A stretch of DNA of 63,000 bases, the filler included, from Perkinsus chesapeaki ATCC PRA-425 (Eukaryota > Protista > Perkinsozoa), in the NCBI GenBank assembly GCA_013115145.1. It is 4 parts of 4 records of this genome, joined end to end, with 100 filler letters (N's around TTAATTAATTAA, not from the genome) between each part and the next. Parts side by side here need not be neighbours in the genome. Positions count along the whole stretch, not along the records: positions 40,174 to 59,079 come from JAAPAO010000650.1; positions 59,180 to 63,000 come from JAAPAO010001351.1; 2 more parts are not named here. The stretch is one strand, 5' to 3'. The notes under the pieces were generated by a model. The model was not told the origin of the DNA and ran no database searches. It saw only the letters and a program-made list of their open reading frames with translations. The translations under genes and the position numbers were made by a program. Shown piece by piece: positions 48,187 to 59,299 of the stretch (positions are counted from its first letter, which is position 1; each line of letters begins with the position of its first letter).

Positions 48187-50039
48187 ATGGCGGCATCATA
48201 TAGAAACGAGGAGCACACTTCGTCATCACTGAGCTGGCGGACTAAGTTCCTATGGCTCGTGCTGGCGTTAATGCTCACCACGTTCCTGGGTTCTACGCTC
48301 TACTCTCTCATAATGCGACCCTTTGTTACAATAGGCGCCATCACTATATTCGTCTGCCTTATGTGGTAAGTTCATCACGTCTCCCTGGTGTGATCGAGAA
48401 ATAGCCTCAGTGGCTGAGTTGTTATAACGTAGCGTTGTCAGTAATGTACCACTGGCGGTGGCTCAGTTTGAGTCCGGACTTCCGCTTGCTCTTTAAAGGT
48501 GTCCCGATCCCTCTGCTCCATGCTGACTTAGTTAATGCTAGATCCATCCGCTCAATCAGGTATTGTGGATCGGACACGAACGCTCTTCATAGCAGCAACG
48601 AATTCGAGAATATCTTCTGGACCCTCATGTGCATGTTCTGTAAGTGGGCTCCTCGTACTCGACTTCACTGAAGGAGAGATATCTCTGAAGCTCGCTCGCT
48701 TATCAGGAAACGTCTTACGCACGAGAATCAATTCAGAGCTTACTGGAGGATACGTATACTTTTTTCGTATCACTTTTGTTTTGCTTCAGCAATGGTCGTG
48801 TTTTTGGCCCTTCCTGATTCCCCACTAAATGTGGCGTCCATATCGAGCCCAAGCGGTGCCGTTGGGGTAAGAGAGACAGTGTTCAATCATCATTCTCTAC
48901 TACTGTGGTGAACCGATCCACACAGATACCAATCCTTGTTGTATGTGGCCCGAGTATCGCATTATGGGCTTTCCGACGGAGTCACCGAGCGGAGCTGACT
49001 GAGAAGCCAGGAGTGTTTCTACGACGGGTGTCGTCACAGCTGCTCGTGAGTGTCTGGCGTATCCTGCTACCGCGAGGGTCTGGTTTCGGATATTCGGTCA
49101 CTGGGGTTCTTTTCCGGTATCTACGTTTATCAAAGGTTGGTCTCATTTTAGCAACACTCGACCCCAGCGGAAATGAACATTGTGAAGGAGGCTGTTGCTT
49201 CGTTGGACGACTATCTCAGGCAGTTAGATCACAAGTAGGTCGATGCGCTAGGGTGAAGCTGCCGTGATTTTCTGTCACTTTGTGTGTACCCTAGGTACCT
49301 ACCGTCGACGTTAAACAAGTTCTATAACTACAATCGCATTTTATACGCCGAGTCTAAGATTATTCAGATCTTTAGGGAAGCTACGAGCGATGTAAGCATC
49401 GGGGTGGTGTGCTTCTGCAACACACTACAAGCCTACTGTGCCGCAATACTCTTCACCGGGTGGTGCGTAATATCAGCAGACAGTGGGTGGCACAACAGTT
49501 TGTGTTTGAGTTTTTGCGATTATAATTTGAATCTTCATTGATTACCGGTGGTGTCGCTTCAGAAACGCCACTTCTCCTACCTCGTATTGAAGTCGAAGTT
49601 GCCGCTCATTCTATACAAAGTGAAAGACCATCCGATGATGCCACATAGGAGAATGCTCATCCAGGTTAGATCTTTCGCTAGGATCATCAGTTATGATTGT
49701 GACACGAAGGTACTGTCGACGGAGCGCTTGCACGATGAGAATGTGCCTGCAAGAGCACTAGTGTTACATGCACTACAGCAGCTTAAGGTGTCCAGTGATC
49801 GAGAGACGATTGAGATCGCCGTGAGGAATATCATATGCGGTAGGGTTAAATTGATATTGGCGTTTTGGCACTGTTTTACTCTCGTGATCTTGGAAGACGA
49901 TATATTTCTGGCCTATGCAGGTACTCACGGGCGAGACTTAACTGAGCTCAAGGCGTTGATAGACTCCAAAGGCTCATATCAGTCGTTGCATAAACTGGTT
50001 TATCATGACCTCAAGACACGCTCTATCAGGCAAGCTTGA
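48187..50039 (+). CDS. one or two multi-exon hypothetical genes, one segment membrane-like
   Basis: Hydrophobic exon FLWLVLALMLTTFLGSTLYSLIMRPFVTIGAITIFVCLMW followed by GTAAG; further exon-like frames to the stop at 50039. Confidence 0.3.
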
Positions 50040-50318
50040 AGACGAACTATTAATTCTCATCTCTCTCCAGGCATGAGATATCTCGCCATATGATAACCGA
50101 AGCACACTTGCTGAGGAACTCTAATACCTCACTGAGGCGGGATCTGCGTAGGTCTCCAATTCGGGCCTTGGAACCTTCTCTTGGAACGTCTTTTTGTATC
50201 ACGGCAATTACTCGTCAGTAGAAAGCTGAGGTTTCTGCTGCAGTTCTCGGGACCGATATCGCACGCATTCCATAGTCCCTCAGGTACGTCTTCTGGACTC
50301 GATGGTGGTCCGCTAGCT

Positions 50319-53300
50319 ATGCGACGGAACAACTCAATGCCCAGCCTTCAAAGTATAAAAGAACAATATGATAGAATGGCGGACGCCAACAATCTGAACT
50401 ACGGCGATGACTATCTCGTGGATCAAATGAACATTCGTGGAGCGACCGATGAGTGTAAGCCTGGCATTTCTACTTTCATCCTCAAATCACCGATTTTCTA
50501 CGTACTTTCGGAAAGTCACTCTCCTTGGCACAGCTTCGTCCTACTCTGTGTGGTAGCCGAGCTTTGGCTGGCATACACATTCGCTGGCTCATCGTGCTAG
50601 ACGTGCAAGTTACACTCGTCATGTTGTTAGTTCAAACTATATGTTCCAAGCTTGCAGCTGAACGCCATCAGTCCATCGTCGCATATTTGACCGAGGTACT
50701 CAGGTAACCTCATGCTATATACTGCATATTGCATGAGGCTATCTTGTGGCCTGGGAGTCGTGGATGGTCATTGCCGCATATAATATGCGGGACCTAGCGG
50801 GTCCCACCCACATTCCCTGGAAAAGTGTATTGTTTCACTGTCCCGTGGGATATTATCCACGATTATCCACGGATTACTATCAACCGGGCGCCGGTTACCA
50901 GAGAGTCTCCGGCGGAAATAGTTAGGGAGGTGCTTATGTCTCTTGAACCGTGCGAAAGTGGTTGCTAACAGATCAATATTTCGGAATGGGATTTTTCATC
51001 GTGTTGGCCGACATTTCTTTGCCGACCAATCGTAAGTCACCAATGTGAAAAAGCTGCTGAAGCGCTTACCCTTAGGGTAAGAGCTTCGGTATTCCTTAGG
51101 GCAATATCCCTTGTTGTGAGGGAGTCTTAGGGGTAGTTGCGCAAAGGGCAACCCGGTACGCTTGGGCCGAGAACAATTTCTTATGAACTGGACTGCCCAA
51201 GTTTGCACTCAAACCTTCGGATTGCTTGGATGGATTATTGCTTAGTGCTGGGTACTGGAAGGTCTGCATCTCATTCAACTGTTCAAGGGTCGGCTCAGCA
51301 CACGACTCTCGTGTCTCCAAAAAGATTCTGGTCATCATAGTTGACTCAATGGCGTTGCAGACTTATTTTCCAGAATGGGTTGGGGGATCCTAGTTATAGG
51401 CTTTTCGCTCAACATGAGTTGTGTCACTATCATCGAGCTAAAGCACACGTGCAGATCCGACAGGATGCTCAGTGATGAGTCATCACTGATGACCCAGGAT
51501 TAGGATAATCCATAGGATTATCGAACATGAGGTTAGATGGACAATCGATGGCAACTCATGCTCTGTCAGTGTATCTCGAAGATACTCTCTCCCGAATATG
51601 CAGATTCTACCGTCGGAGCTCGATACATGCCGTTAGCGTTTGAGGTTCAAAGACTTCGTTGAGATCGAGTCTCGTCAATAACCTAAGAGTTAGTGAAATG
51701 ATACATACGGTCACGTGTTTCCAAAGCATTCGACGGCTCGGTGTTGTGATGTGCAGCCTCAGCACTGCTGCGCTCAGGTCCGGAGCTTCACGAACCTAGC
51801 TTGCTCATCCACCTAAGGAGAGCTATCTTCCCAAGAATGAACACGGGGCTCTTGTCGGTCCCAAATTTTCTGCAAAAATTGCGCAGGCCCTGCGCTGCAA
51901 GGTGCTCCACGGTCTTAGAGCAGGAGTTTAACTGTCACACTGGAGGCTCAAGCCTGGAGCAAACTTAAAGTTCGAGACTTGAGACTACAAAATTGATCAA
52001 CCTTCACGTTTTCTAATTTTTTCATCGCTCACGGTGCTCTGTATTAGATGAAATTCTTGCTGGATCTGCACAAGCAATGTCTGCCAATGACACGAGTGGC
52101 CCATACGAGTTCTCCGTTAACAGGTAGCAAGGCGAACGCCTCTGTGGCGAGCATTCGTCATCATTGTTAGGCGGATATTTGAAAATTGCCATACAAAGGT
52201 CCTGTCTGACGTCGATGATACACTGGTATGCTCTGGCGGTATGCATCCAGCTGGCTGTGACACCAAGTAAGGCTTGAATGGTCTTCACTAGTCGCTGGCA
52301 CTAAGAAGTATGTCTAACGACCATATTCTCGCTCCTAAAAGCATCCCAAGTCACAGGCAGCTTAGGATTGCATGGTCGCTCTATTCTGTAGCACGGTTTC
52401 TCTGCTCAGTTACCCTCGCAAGACAGTGTATCCGGGAGTTGGAGCGTTCTACCGAGAGCTTGACCTGGGAGTGTAGGTGTCGACTACAGTGTGTTTTCTT
52501 CCGTGTTAACACCTAACTTGTCCGTCGCCCTCCGTCTGCAAGTGGTTTCTCTCTTAGTGATCATCCCGAGCCGTGGCCATCTAGTCCGAACGACAGCTAC
52601 AACATTCTCGGCAATTTAGTTTTTCTTTCTGCGCGTCCGCACGTCTATAAAGACTTGACTGAGAATAAGAGCTATGAGAAGTTCATCAAGTATTACCAAG
52701 ATGGCATCTTACACTGTAACGCCGTTGCTCTTGATTTCTCTGCGTTATGGCGTCGACTGCAGGTGTTCCGACCCTCCTTCCTGGATCCATGACCAAGGGG
52801 GCAGATTTCCTCCTTCGGGAGAGACTAGAGCCTTTAGCAGAGAATAAGTACACCAACTTTAAAGAGTAAGTGTAGTCACAGAGGAATAATCTTGTGGAGC
52901 CTGCATTAATCAGATCTGCAGAGGGTCTATTCATTGACCTGTTAAGTTTGACCGGATATTGTGCCAACTAGGTACGCCTCTCTGTATCCTGAATACGACT
53001 TCGTGTTCATCGGCGACAATGGTCAAGCAGATGTTAGAGCGGCCGCGAAAATGATGGAGGTACCGTAAATTACTCCCCTCCCGGAAGCTGTGCGCATTGT
53101 TGGCAGGTTCCATTTGCGAACTTGAAAATGGCGTACATACATAAAGTTCAAGATGGCGAGACCTACGGCTCACCTCCTAAGGGGGACAAGAGACTCTCAA
53201 AGGTGTGGCGCTTCTGCTGAGTCCATTGCCTCACGGGACTCGCTCAGTTTTTCTTCTTTACCAACTACGTACAAGCTGCTACTCATGCCTACAAGCACCA

Positions 53301-53830
53301 ATTGATATCTTTCGAGGGAATTAAACGATTGGTGCAACAAGCCAATGACGAGTTTGATGCGATAGAGTAAGCAGGACTTATTACTGTTTTAATTGTCGAC
53401 CTGCCGTGATTAACATCATTCAGGCCCTCTCTCAGCAAGGAGCATCGGCCGACACTGCGGGCGGATATTGACAAATCCACCGAAGAGTGTCTACAAGCCA
53501 TACACGATAAGGATCCGTTGTTCCGGTTAGAAAAACATCATAAAGAAGACAACAAGGCCACGAAGGAAGGCGATGAGACTACAAGCAAGAAGCCTGAATC
53601 CAAGGAGGATGAGACCAAGAAGGCAGCCGAAGACAAAGGAGGTGCTGAAGATCAAAAAGTAGAGATGAATGGCCCTTTAGCGTACTGCGCATCATCCAAT
53701 AATGCTCTTGCAATATCAGGCCTCACCTACCACCGAGGCTTCAGCTGAGCCTAGTAGTCTCTCCGTAGAGAACAAGACTCCAGCGAAAGCGGAAGAGAGC
53801 TCGAAAAAAGTACCCGAGAGCATGGATTGA
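50319..53830 (+). CDS. APP1/DUF2183-type HAD phosphatase (phosphatidate-phosphatase-like), multi-exon
   Basis: Spliced motifs VLSDVDDTL (DxDDT), YPGVGAFYRELDLG, LVFLSARPHVY, PTLLPGS, LYPEYDFVFIGDNGQAD; Lys/Glu-rich tail; start approximate. Confidence 0.8.
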
Positions 53831-54197
53831 TTTCAAATGTATCGAAGTTGCTGTATGATTCTCTTCATTATTCCTGTTGCGAGATTGTGTTCGCTGAATA
53901 CTTGCCACATTCACCAGTCTGTCGTTTACCGTTGACGATTGTATAGCACTTGACTATTTCAACGCACTTGTCCTTCTTCTGTAGAGTTCTAGTTGGCTTT
54001 GGACTACCCAGTGGCCCATGTCAATCTCGGGGTAAAGCCTTATGAGATAAACCCTACGAGTGCTACCCTGATGGCAAGGATAGCCCCACTCTAGCATATT
54101 CAGCCCGGTCATGGCCTTACACTTGTAAATGCGAGTACATCGTGGTGCAACTTAGAGCACCCTCTGTACTCACCATTAAGTTTATATCCTTTCCTCA

Positions 54198-57100
54198 ATG
54201 CACAGTGGTTCATCCACCAAGCAGTCTCCGCTCCGTGAGACAGATGCCTTGACGCCTGCCGAAGATTGCCGTACGGATACAGTTCACAAATCCCTTTAAA
54301 AGGCGTATCTTAGGCATTTCTAGAGCTCTCCGCAGGGGAGGCACTCTATCACTCGGGGAGGCAGCCCTTTGTATGCAGCCTCTCGTCCTTAGCCATGGAG
54401 TGCTGGCTAAGGAAATAGCAAAGGCTGTGGAAGTGTAGGTGAACTGAAGTGGTGCATTTGCGACGATGATGAGGTTGATAGCTGGTAGGCTATCTTCGCT
54501 TAAGACTGACTGGCGTGAGAGGCAGACATGTCTGGAGAGGCTTGCTAGGATTGTTCTCGGATGGGTACCAGTATTGTTATCAGTCGACCATGCTTAGATG
54601 TATGCTTCACTAGGATGCGTGCGCTCCGTCCCAGGACGATCTTATGAAGTTCGACCGAGAGCTCACCCGGCCATTAGTTACACAGGTAGGCACTGTTATT
54701 TGCTGGGTTAGGGTAATAGAGCATTCAGGTTAAAGACGACCGAACAGCGATTGTCAAGCATATGAGCATGTTATGCATTGTCTTCGGTGCGTCAGCCTAT
54801 GGTGAGCCATCGGCGAGAGTTCCAAGAGCAGTGCATTTCTCAGCTTCTCATTTGAGTGCTCATCTTCTCCCAGCTATGATCGAGCCATTATTAAAGCAAT
54901 GCACGGTAACTGTAGCTGTCATAGCGGAGAGCGCTACACAAGCGGTAAGCTCACACTCTAGGCAGTGATCGTCATCTGGGGTTCTCAATCTCAGATTCGC
55001 GGTCTGTCCGGCTGTGGATGTCGGAAGGTGCTCGAAACAATCATAAAGCAACACAAGCATGTTCACCCCGTAGCAAGGCGACGCGTTCTTGAGATTGTAG
55101 CTGCACAATTATGCGCAACTTGTGAACAGTGGGAACGTTGTGGCCAACGCACCCAGGACCTCGCCACCGAAGCGATCAGGCGAGGCTATCAGGGGTTAGT
55201 TCCTGGAAAATTTCCCGTGTGCTAGGTCAGGGTTGCGGGACAATTCCCCTCCCGTGAGGCGTGCGGCGAGGCTCGCACTGTGTCGTCTCTGCTACTTGGG
55301 GTGCTCACCAGACACTGCTAAGGTATCCTAAGACGGTAACTTCTAAGCTAGGCTAGGGGGCACTTAGACACTATGGCACTCAATGGATGTGGCACAACAG
55401 AAGACAGCAGAAGACTTGCTCGAGGCCGGCCATGGTGTTCTTTTTTCGGAAGGTGCCTTTGGCGAGGAATGTCCCCATGGAGATTTTAATCGAAGCATCG
55501 CCGCGGTGAGGATAGAAAATTTAGGTCCTATGCCAAGCTCATTTCCTGTGTAGAGCTCTCGGAGTCCAAGGCCCATTGAAGCTGAGGAGGTCCTGTCTAT
55601 GAACAGCAGCCCTTCTCCGGCGCTGTCTCCCTCAGCATCACGTGGTCATCCTAGAATATCATGTGACACACCTTCCAAGCCAATCTCTAGGCGATCCCCA
55701 CGCCAATCGTCCACTAGTAGGCTCACTAGTCATTTGGATCTGCATCACTCTGTACAGGACTATCAGTATCATCTCTAGAGACTCCCCACCGTGGCCCTGC
55801 ATCCGGCAAGCGTTCTGCCAATGCCTCGTAGGCTATCTAGGACCCACAAAGACATGGATTCTGTGAATTAGCCGCTCTCCGGGCCTCCGGCCATCTCTGC
55901 CCAAATCACCCGCATCAACCACAGTATCGCCGGAAGAGATTATCTCATCTCATTTAGTGAGCCACGGAACAGACGTGGCACTCAGCCAGACTCGAACGCT
56001 CTTTAGACCTCCTTGGAGGCCGAACCTGATGACCCTCTCACTCTGGCCTCTCTAGCGGACTTTTTCACCAGCGGAAAGTGTTCGGCAACTGTGAGCGCTC
56101 GGTAATTCGATTCTAATAGGGCACCGTCTTCGCAGGATGTTATCCCCGTCTTGGACCGTCTGGTTGCTGTTATTGCTTCAAATGGAGAGCATTCTCCGGA
56201 AAGTGATGCGTGCCCCGCCACACCATGGAAACCCCGGTGTTGTCCATCAGGCCGTGCCTTGTCAGCGGCTCTAGTTAAACTGCTCGCGGGTCATTCAACA
56301 CAACAACGAGAACTTCTGAGAGCCCTAATACGTGGCGAGGCTCGACTGGGTTAGCTCACTCCTGAAATGCTCCTCGCACTACCAATCCAGATCCGGTACT
56401 GACGAGCTCCTTCCCCGTCCCTCTGGCAATTGAGGAGTTTGCAAAGACGTTGGCAGCTGAGTCATTGGAGGCTATCGTGAAAGTGATGGAGCTCCTGGGC
56501 GATGCTCAGTTCTATACCGATGCCCATCGAAGGCAGGCATCGACATGAGTTGTCAGTTCTGAATACCGTGGATAGATATCTTCTTGAAGGACTGCCATCA
56601 CAGAGGCCTCCCGTCATCTCTCTGCTAGAGAAGCTTAGTAGGCTGAGTCTGCTTGGAGTCACCATCTGACCTTGAAAGGTATATGTCTGCTGGAGCATGG
56701 CGACATACTAGGACAAGTAGCCGCGGCAGGCGTTACCCAACTGCTTGGTTCTGAGGATAGGCCAGATATCCTCGAGGTGCTTCGTAAGGAGTTATCTCCC
56801 TTAGTGAGTGCGCCCCTCCACCGTAGTCCAGCGAGCCTGATGTCCAGGAATGGAACCAACTCGTCCGAGTCTGTCCCCACCTAGATCGGCGGCCGCGGAG
56901 CTCTACCAGCAAAGCCTCCTCAGGCGAGAGTGGCCTAAGTGTTATAGCCCGCCTATTGAAGGCCGACAGGGATAATGAGAAGCTAGAGCAGGTCCAAGAG
57001 TAGTCCAGGCATCCTGGAGCATGATCAGGGCAACCAGTTTGACATAAGCCTCTTTACTGTAGGACCTGCTAGAAGCTGCCCAACTCATCATGTCACCAGC

Positions 57101-57916
57101 GGTGAACCCAGTGACTTGGCAAAGGTCGAGGTCTCCGCCTCGTGTGCTGCCAGATGCGTTTTGTCCTTAGCCGATTCGCGCGCTTACTCATGCTCGTATT
57201 TGGGTTAATGGGCCACTCTACGATGACAGAACAGAATTGCAAGAACTCGAACAACACTAAAGCAGCAGCGGTACGGAGGTGGCATGGCGGCTCTCTTGCA
57301 TATTCCTGCGCCTCAGTTTGAGCTGTTGCTGGCGATGCTAGAGGTGAAGCCAGAGCTTTTCACTGACTATGTTGAAGTCACCATATCTACAATCGCGCAC
57401 TTCATATCGCAACAGGGAGTCCTTGAAGACCCACAACTAACTAGTGGGATGCTCGATGTTGGGTTCGAACAAAGCTTCTTTATAGATAAACTGAGGACCG
57501 CATTGTCAGCTTTAATGCGTGTATCAAACGAGCCCAAGAGGTCTCTGGAGGCTTTACTAGCATGGCTTGTAAGGAGCGCTCTCCCTGCCTGCAGGCAGCC
57601 ACTCCACATCACCGGTTAGGGTGCCACCAAATCAACTATTTTTGGTCCTCTGATGATGGCTGATATTTTTGTGAATGTTGTACGCAATGAACCTTGTCTT
57701 CTCCTCACTCTATCATGAGCAGGCGAGAGACATGGAGGAAGGTGCTCTCTCAGCCTATTATGGAACGGTAGCGCCTGTGTTGGCCACCATCATCGACGGT
57801 GAAGTAGCTCCGGAGGTACGTAGAAAGACATATGGTCGCTAACGGCCTCAGTTAAGGTGAACGAAGAGGCTGTTCGTCTGCTGGGAAGGCTCAGTGAATT
57901 AAATAGGTCCGATTAG
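54198..57916 (+). CDS. CLASP_N/TOG (HEAT-repeat) domain protein, multi-exon
   Basis: Segments VKDDRTAIVKH, LLPAMIEPLLKQCTVTVAVIAESA and IRRGYQ..DNSPPVRRAAR resemble CLASP TOG helices; further HEAT-like exons downstream; start approximate. Confidence 0.62.
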
Positions 57917-58032
57917 AGTGCCAGATAGACGCCACGATATTCTTGTCTCATACATGGAACCACGCCTGCCTTGGGTTGAACGTTTGTATCTAACCATTTT
58001 GTACAGCTGCTTATCGGCTCCTTCACTTCCTT

Positions 58033-58621
58033 ATGCTCTCACACAATTCTCAATCGTCATCAGGTGGTCGAGGTGGCCATCATGAAGAAAGCGAGTCATC
58101 ATCCTCATCATCACGAGGGATGATGAGAGTGCCAACTTGGATAACAGCAATATCGGACATGCTAGATCGACTAGTCATGGTTCTTCTGCGCGATGACCGA
58201 AAGCTAATTGGATGGCTCAAGACCTATGACCAATACGGCAACATCGTCTTGAACGACACAGTGTGAGTCCGTTGAATACCAGGCCCAATAGCGCGTATTC
58301 CTACCTCAGAGAGAGGCATATTGTCGAAGGCGTGTATGCGGACATTGGCCTTGGTGTGATGATCATTCGAGGCGAGAACATCATACTGTTTGGAGAAGTT
58401 CACTCACTAGACATGGAGCCTGCCCTCCGAAGAGTTAGCAACCCATCTCATTTAGGCTTTCTATTTCATCTTCACAGGCGCCGCTTGGGCAAGTTCTTGC
58501 GATGGAGCAGATGCAGGAAGAACGAGAAGCTATGGAGGTGTTTCAGCCCTTGAGCGTGGTGCTATAAGATATCTTTTGTCAGGGAAAACTGGACCTCGCA
58601 TTCTTGGACGACGACCTCTAA
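58033..58621 (+). CDS. LSM1: Sm-like protein LSm1 (4 exons)
   Basis: Sm1 motif MVLLRDDRKLIGWLKTYDQYGNIVL, then ERHIVEGVYADIGLGVMIIRGENIILFGE (Sm2); C-terminal helix and GKLDLAFLDDDL*. Confidence 0.85.
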
Positions 58622-59079
58622 TGTGGCTCGGTGTGTTTATTTTGTGAAATTGTACTGTTTCATCTAAACCTGTGGCAGTGGTGTTCATCGATTCAAGTAT
58701 CCTGCCTTTTGAAGCTTCATGAGGTAGACAAAACCGTTGTACCACGCACAACTTAGCGGATCACAGTTGCTCAGCATTTCGTGGCGTAACGATGATACCA
58801 CTACGCCTTGTGTGACAGCCGTCCAAGGGTGATGGCCTAAACAAAGATAGAACTATTGAGTGTTCGCCGCACCCTTCAGAGCCCGCTACCTGGCTCCCCT
58901 GCTTGGGGTGTGACAGTCCCACGGTCGCAGCGCGTTCTGTCTCTCACTTGAATACTTGCTAAATCTTTCCGTTTTCTTAACGCCTTGTTGCACATAAAAG
59001 TATTCACTGTTAAGATGTTCCGTTCATTCTCTTGACGCAACTCGTTGATGGATGCAGGCATAATGAATGAGTGAGTAGG

Positions 59080-59179
59080 NNNNNNNNNNNNNNNNNNNNN
59101 NNNNNNNNNNNNNNNNNNNNNNNTTAATTAATTAANNNNNNNNNNNNNNNNNNNNNNNNNNNNNNNNNNNNNNNNNNNN
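59080..59179. other. artificial assembly spacer
   Basis: 44 N + TTAATTAATTAA + 44 N. Confidence 0.97.
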
Positions 59180-59252
59180 ATCGTATATTTGATTATATAC
59201 TAGTTTGGTGGTTATTGTGTTCTTTAGTCTATACTCATAAGAAGACTAAACA
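59180..59252. repeat. dispersed 73-nt repeat, copy 2 (begins exactly at the contig start)
   Basis: Matches 37606..37678. Confidence 0.92.
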
Positions 59253-59299
59253 GTCGTTGTATAGCCGAGATATAGTGAGTTTTCGGCCATGACAATGGC

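Noticed and set aside
51780-51930. Minus-strand QGLRNFCRKFG resembling the integrase F..FC...GI motif
   Set aside because: Spacing to an HPQxNGxxER motif is wrong, and the plus strand has an AG/GT-bounded exon-like frame (ESYLPKNEHGALVGPKF) within the APP1-type gene.
58212-58221. TGGCTCAAG, the 3' end of the perkinsid/dinoflagellate spliced leader (also inverted at 30417-30425)
   Set aside because: Only 9 nt, lies within coding sequence, lacks the 5' ACCGTAGCCAT part and is not followed by a GT donor.
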